Source: Patescibacteria group bacterium | GTDB taxonomy: Bacteria > Patescibacteriota > UBA1384 > XYA2-FULL-43-10 | Assembly (NCBI GenBank): GCA_041674405.1 | Contig: JBAYVT010000002.1 | Span: forward strand, 60,001-92,000 | DNA length: 32,000 nucleotides | Direction of reading: 5' to 3' | Shown here: piece by piece, positions 27,804 to 32,000 of the stretch | Numbering within the stretch: the stretch's first letter is position 1 | How the letters are laid out: every line of letters starts with the position of its first letter | Notes under the pieces: model-generated | What the model was told of the DNA's origin: nothing | What the model saw: only the letters and a program-made list of their open reading frames with translations | Databases searched by the model: none | Translations under genes and position numbers: made by a program

Positions 27804-28349
27804 CTATCCAGTTTGATCCGGAAAATCATATAAGCCTATTTGGGTCCATAAATTGTCGGATTTATTTTTACAAAAAAGTCCTATGCTGCTGCAATTAAAA
27901 TCGAATGCAAGATTAATCTCTTTCATTTCGGAGTACTTATCAAAAAGCGCATTTTCGGGAATATCCCCTGATAATGTTATGTGGGGAATAAAATTATCGG
28001 GATAATAATCTAACTTTTCTACTGAATGTAAAACCGCATTTTTAATAATTTGGTGCAGACGGACAATCTCATTAGAATTTTCAACGGATAGATATATGGT
28101 CCCAAATTTATTATCAAACTTCTTGATAGGCCCGGTACTAATTTGAAAAGCAGAGAGCGAAGGAATGGTTGCATTAATCTGGTTTTTCAAGGTTTCCACG
28201 CTAGCTCCATCGACTAGAGAGGAAGGGGGCATAATCGTGATATGTGGAGGAAGAGTAATCTTCCAATTTGGATCCTTATATTGCTCTTGCAAAGAAGAAA
28301 TTTTTTTTCGATAAGGGTCGGGTATAATAATAACTATAATGTAAAGCAT
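27804..28349 (-). CDS. 2H phosphoesterase superfamily protein (LigT/ThpR-like 2'-5' RNA ligase / cyclic phosphodiesterase)
   Basis: Two HxT motifs at the expected spacing (PPHITIMPP and IPHITLSGD) in a 181-aa protein. Confidence 0.75.
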   Translation of the reverse strand: MLYIIVIIIPDPYRKKISSLQEQYKDPNWKITLPPHITIMPPSSLVDGASVETLKNQINATIPSLSAFQISTGPIKKFDNKFGTIYLSVENSNEIVRLHQIIKNAVLHSVEKLDYYPDNFIPHITLSGDIPENALFDKYSEMKEINLAFDFNCSSIGLFCKNKSDNLWTQIGLYDFPDQTG

Positions 28350-28415
28350 GTGCTACTCCTTGTTTGAGATCATAATTTGGTAGTGAACAACAAAAATACA
28401 TCGATGGTCTAAGTA

Positions 28416-31124
28416 TCAACGCCCGCAACATTTTTTGTATTTCTTGCCGCTTCCGCACGGACACGGATCATTGCGCCCCACCTTTGAATTTGATTTTATC
28501 GTATGCTGTTTTCCTGCAGACGACATCATTCGATCGTGAACAGATGTCTCTTTCGGGCCACGGATGGTAGTCGTCACGCCGCCAGATGAAGATTGCTCGA
28601 TTCTTTTTTCGGTGCGTTTTGCTTCTTCCTCAAGCATCGGCTCGTCTTTTTCAATGTCACCTATCGTATCAGGATCTGGTGATTTGTATTCTAATGGCCT
28701 ACGCACGATTGGAGCAGTGGGCTGGACTTGAACTTCGACTTTATATATAACGCGGGCGACCGAGGATTCGATTGCCGCAATTAGACCCTCAAAAAGTCTG
28801 TAGGCTTCTGCTTTATATTCAACGAGCGGATCTCTCTGGCCATAACCTCGAAGGCCGATGCCTTCACGAAGTTCATCCATCGTTGTCAAATGTTCGACCC
28901 ACAAATTGTCAATTGTCCGAAGGTATATTGCGCGCTCGATTTGGCGCATAACTTCATGACCATATCTATTCTCTCTTTCGTCATATATAGATTTTGCAAA
29001 ATCCTTAAGATGTTCAGATGACAAATTTTCGATCTTGGCATTATTTCCAAAAATAACCTTAAGTTCAGAAATTGTTTTTTCCTTGTCATCAATATTGCGA
29101 TTGATAATTCCTTCAATTTGATTGTAAACTATACCGAGAATTTCGTCTTTAGGGCTGCCTTTTTCATTTTTTGCCAATTCGAGAATCCCACGCCTTTTTC
29201 GGTAAATTACTTCGCGGTGCTTATTCATCACATCGTCATAATCAACCAAATGTTTTCGAATGTCGAAGTTATATCCTTCCACTTTTCGCTGAGCGCTTTC
29301 AATCGATCGAGAAATCAGGCGATTTTCGATAGGCTGATCTTCTGGTAGTCCAAGCCGATCCATCATAAGTTTGATACGATCGCCGCCAAAAATTCTCATC
29401 AGGTCATCTTCTAAAGAAACGTAGAATTGCGAAGATCCGGGATCGCCTTGACGTCCAGATCGACCTCGAAGCTGATTATCGATCCGTCTTGCTTCATGGC
29501 GCTCCGTACCAATAACATGTAAGCCGCCAAGTTCGCGTACGCCTTCGCCGAGCTTAATATCCGTACCTCGTCCGGCCATATTGGTTGCAACCGTAATTGA
29601 GCCCTTTAATCCCGCCTTGGTGATAATTTTTGCTTCGCGTTCATGATTTTTCGCGTTTAATATTTCATGCTTAATACCGGCTTTTTTCAAAAGCTTTGAA
29701 ATGAGTTCGTTTTTTTCAACCGAAACCGTGCCGATAAGAACCGGTTGTCCTTTTTCTTTACATTCTTTTACATCCCGTACTACAGCATCGTATTTTCCAG
29801 CCTCGGTCTTATAAATTTTATCTTCATGATCTTTGCGTACAATGGGCTTGTTCGTTGGAATTTCGACAACATCAAGCGTATAAATCTTAAAAAATTCTTC
29901 CGCTTCTGTCGCTGCTGTACCAGTCATGCCCGAAAGTTTTTTGTACATTCGAAACAGGTTCTGGAAAGAAATTGTTGCCAGGGTTTGTGATTCGCGTTTC
30001 ACCTCGACACCTTCTTTTGCTTCGATTGCCTGGTGCAGGCCCTCGGAGTATCTGCGGCCGATCATAAGCCGTCCAGTAAACTCATCAACAATGATAATTT
30101 CACCTTCTCGAACCACGTAATCTCGATCACGCTTGAACAGGGCATGCGCCTTCAGTGCTTGCTCGAGATGATGGACCATGTTGCCACCGGAAACCTCATA
30201 TATATTCTCAACACCTAGCATCTTTTCCATTTTACGAATGCCTTCGTCGGTAAGATAAACTGATTTCTCCTTTTCTTGAACCGTATAATCCTCGCTTTCG
30301 GATAAACGCGGCACGAGTGATGCAAATTGGGCGTACATGCTGCCAGATTCTTCGGCCGCTGCCGAAATAATAAGCGGAGTACGCGCTTCATCAATCAAAA
30401 TCGAGTCCACCTCATCGACGATGGCAAAATAAAGTTCGCGTTGGACACAGGCTTCCACGCTCGGTGCCATGTTATCACGCAAATAATCAAAACCGAATTC
30501 ATTGTTCGTGCCATAGGTGACGTCGCAAGCATAGGCCTCCTTGCGGCTACAAGGAGTAAGGTTTGATCCATCACATTCGGAGTAGTGCTTGTAGGACTTA
30601 GTCTTTTCAAATCTGTAGGTCTCTTGATTACTTTGGATCACACCGACGGTCATCCCAAGAAAATTATAAACCTCTCCCATACCCTCACCGTTAAATTTTG
30701 AGAGATAATCGTTGACCGTAACCAAATGAACACCGCGCCCAGTGAGAGCATTTAGATAGAGAGGTAGGGTTGCAACAATAGTTTTTCCCTCTCCGGTTTT
30801 CATCTCTGCGATATTGCCTTCGTGAAGTACCAACCCACCGATAATTTGAACGTCAAATTGGCGCTCATTCCAGACGCGCTTGGTCGCTTCGCGGACAATA
30901 GCAAAAGCCTCGGGAGTGATTTCTTCGAGAATTTCCTTCTCTCTTTCTAAATCACCGCCTGCTTCCGCCAACCGTAATTTGAGTTCGGCAGTTTTGTCCC
31001 TCAGCTCCTTGTCAGTCAGTTTCTGAAACTCAGCTTCAAGATCGGAGATTCTATCAACCTTCGCTCGGAGCTTCCGGATAACCTTTTGATATGAATTCCC
31101 AACCAATTTATCTAAAAACGACAT
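28416..31124 (-). CDS. secA: Preprotein translocase ATPase SecA
   Basis: Full SecA architecture, including MKTGEGKT Walker [32 protein letters not shown], and the C-terminal zinc-binding tail [14 protein letters not shown]. Start at ATG 31124 (MSFLDKL..., GGAGAG SD) rather than the track start at 31169. Confidence 0.97.
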   Translation of the reverse strand: MSFLDKLVGNSYQKVIRKLRAKVDRISDLEAEFQKLTDKELRDKTAELKLRLAEAGGDLEREKEILEEITPEAFAIVREATKRVWNERQFDVQIIGGLVLHEGNIAEMKTGEGKTIVATLPLYLNALTGRGVHLVTVNDYLSKFNGEGMGEVYNFLGMTVGVIQSNQETYRFEKTKSYKHYSECDGSNLTPCSRKEAYACDVTYGTNNEFGFDYLRDNMAPSVEACVQRELYFAIVDEVDSILIDEARTPLIISAAAEESGSMYAQFASLVPRLSESEDYTVQEKEKSVYLTDEGIRKMEKMLGVENIYEVSGGNMVHHLEQALKAHALFKRDRDYVVREGEIIIVDEFTGRLMIGRRYSEGLHQAIEAKEGVEVKRESQTLATISFQNLFRMYKKLSGMTGTAATEAEEFFKIYTLDVVEIPTNKPIVRKDHEDKIYKTEAGKYDAVVRDVKECKEKGQPVLIGTVSVEKNELISKLLKKAGIKHEILNAKNHEREAKIITKAGLKGSITVATNMAGRGTDIKLGEGVRELGGLHVIGTERHEARRIDNQLRGRSGRQGDPGSSQFYVSLEDDLMRIFGGDRIKLMMDRLGLPEDQPIENRLISRSIESAQRKVEGYNFDIRKHLVDYDDVMNKHREVIYRKRRGILELAKNEKGSPKDEILGIVYNQIEGIINRNIDDKEKTISELKVIFGNNAKIENLSSEHLKDFAKSIYDERENRYGHEVMRQIERAIYLRTIDNLWVEHLTTMDELREGIGLRGYGQRDPLVEYKAEAYRLFEGLIAAIESSVARVIYKVEVQVQPTAPIVRRPLEYKSPDPDTIGDIEKDEPMLEEEAKRTEKRIEQSSSGGVTTTIRGPKETSVHDRMMSSAGKQHTIKSNSKVGRNDPCPCGSGKKYKKCCGR

Positions 31125-31211
31125 AACTCTCCATCTTTTTATGTCTGGCTTTAACTCAAAGAATACCACGATTCGAGCGTAAAAACAATCAATAGCACGA
31201 TTAAATTTAAG

Positions 31212-31607
31212 CTACTTCTTCCTTCTTCTTGGGACCAATCTGCCTACAGAGCCGACGGCGTTGATAATGCCTTTGATTCTGTTTCCTTCTCGATCTTCTT
31301 TTTCCCTGCGGATTCGGCCATATCGGCGAAGACGGCGCTCAAACGATTTAAAGGCAAACCCGAATGCGCGCATCAAGCGGTCGTCGATTTCTTTGATAAA
31401 AATTTCTTCTTTTGGGAGTGCTGCTTTGATAGATACAGATTGGTCAATCCCGCCTTTCTCCGGACCAGATTCGTCCGTAAGTGTCACGATCACATCTACC
31501 GGGCTGAATGCTTTGACATACTTTTTCAGCTGCAACACTTTTTTCTCAATGAGCGCTTTCTGCTTAGACGTTACAATCACCCCTTTGGTATGTACCGTTA
31601 CGTTCAT
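31212..31607 (-). CDS. hpf: Ribosome hibernation-promoting factor / RaiA family protein (short form with basic tail)
   Basis: The N-terminus MNVTVHTKGVIVTSKQKALIEKKVLQLKKY fits the HPF/YfiA pattern (short strand, then T..l..yv..Kl.kl). GGGAGAA SD before ATG 31607. Confidence 0.7.
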   Translation of the reverse strand: MNVTVHTKGVIVTSKQKALIEKKVLQLKKYVKAFSPVDVIVTLTDESGPEKGGIDQSVSIKAALPKEEIFIKEIDDRLMRAFGFAFKSFERRLRRYGRIRREKEDREGNRIKGIINAVGSVGRLVPRRRKK

Positions 31608-31705
31608 GGATTCTCCCAAAAATTAGTTTTTAATTTTTAACTAATTCTATTATCTTATAGTAAACTTAATTAATACTGAATTAACAATAGAGTAATCGCC
31701 GAAAT

Positions 31706-32000
<295 letters not shown>

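Overview
This is a gene-dense, AT-rich bacterial chromosome segment. My spot counts give 24 and 26 G+C per 60 nt in ordinary coding lines. Almost everything is housekeeping and lies on the minus strand, in tightly packed operons whose genes often overlap by 1-4 nt (ATGA or TAATG junctions).

Minus-strand genes, listed by increasing coordinate: tsf(partial)-rpsB; htrA-like protease; mscS-like, gatB, two unknowns, cyclophilin, mazG-like, gatA and gatC (one operon, transcribed gatC to mscS-like); purF; ligA and an MBL hydrolase; htpX, two DUF4870-like genes and lemA; a 793-aa surface protein; rplI; an S41 (CtpA-like) protease; a PcsB-like CHAP hydrolase; ftsX and ftsE; gpmI; a 2H phosphoesterase; secA; hpf; serS(partial).

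The plus strand carries a GC-rich structured RNA candidate fused to tRNA-Ile(GAU), then rpmE and prfA-prmC.

TGA is used as a stop codon, so this is the standard bacterial code, not the UGA-recoded one. The style (small dense operons, gatCAB, a surface protein with a pseudopilin-like domain) would fit a reduced-genome Patescibacteria/CPR-like organism. That cannot be proven from this window.

The stand-out feature is a roughly 1.27-kb plus-strand cassette at 12594-13867, in the ligA-purF spacer and antisense to all its neighbours. It is far more GC-rich than the rest of the window: 37, 36 and 34 G+C per 60 nt in the three lines I counted. It encodes two proteins I cannot place in any family (about 197 aa and 130 aa). 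The upstream gene has a near-consensus sigma70-type promoter, the downstream gene has only a consensus -35 hexamer, and each gene ends in a GC-rich hairpin terminator. No mobility gene, inverted repeat or target-site duplication is visible. I treat it as a horizontally acquired two-gene module of unknown function. Its function is not inferable from sequence alone, and a metagenomic assembly artefact must be excluded.

I had no homology search. All product calls rest on motifs and sequence patterns I recognise by eye.
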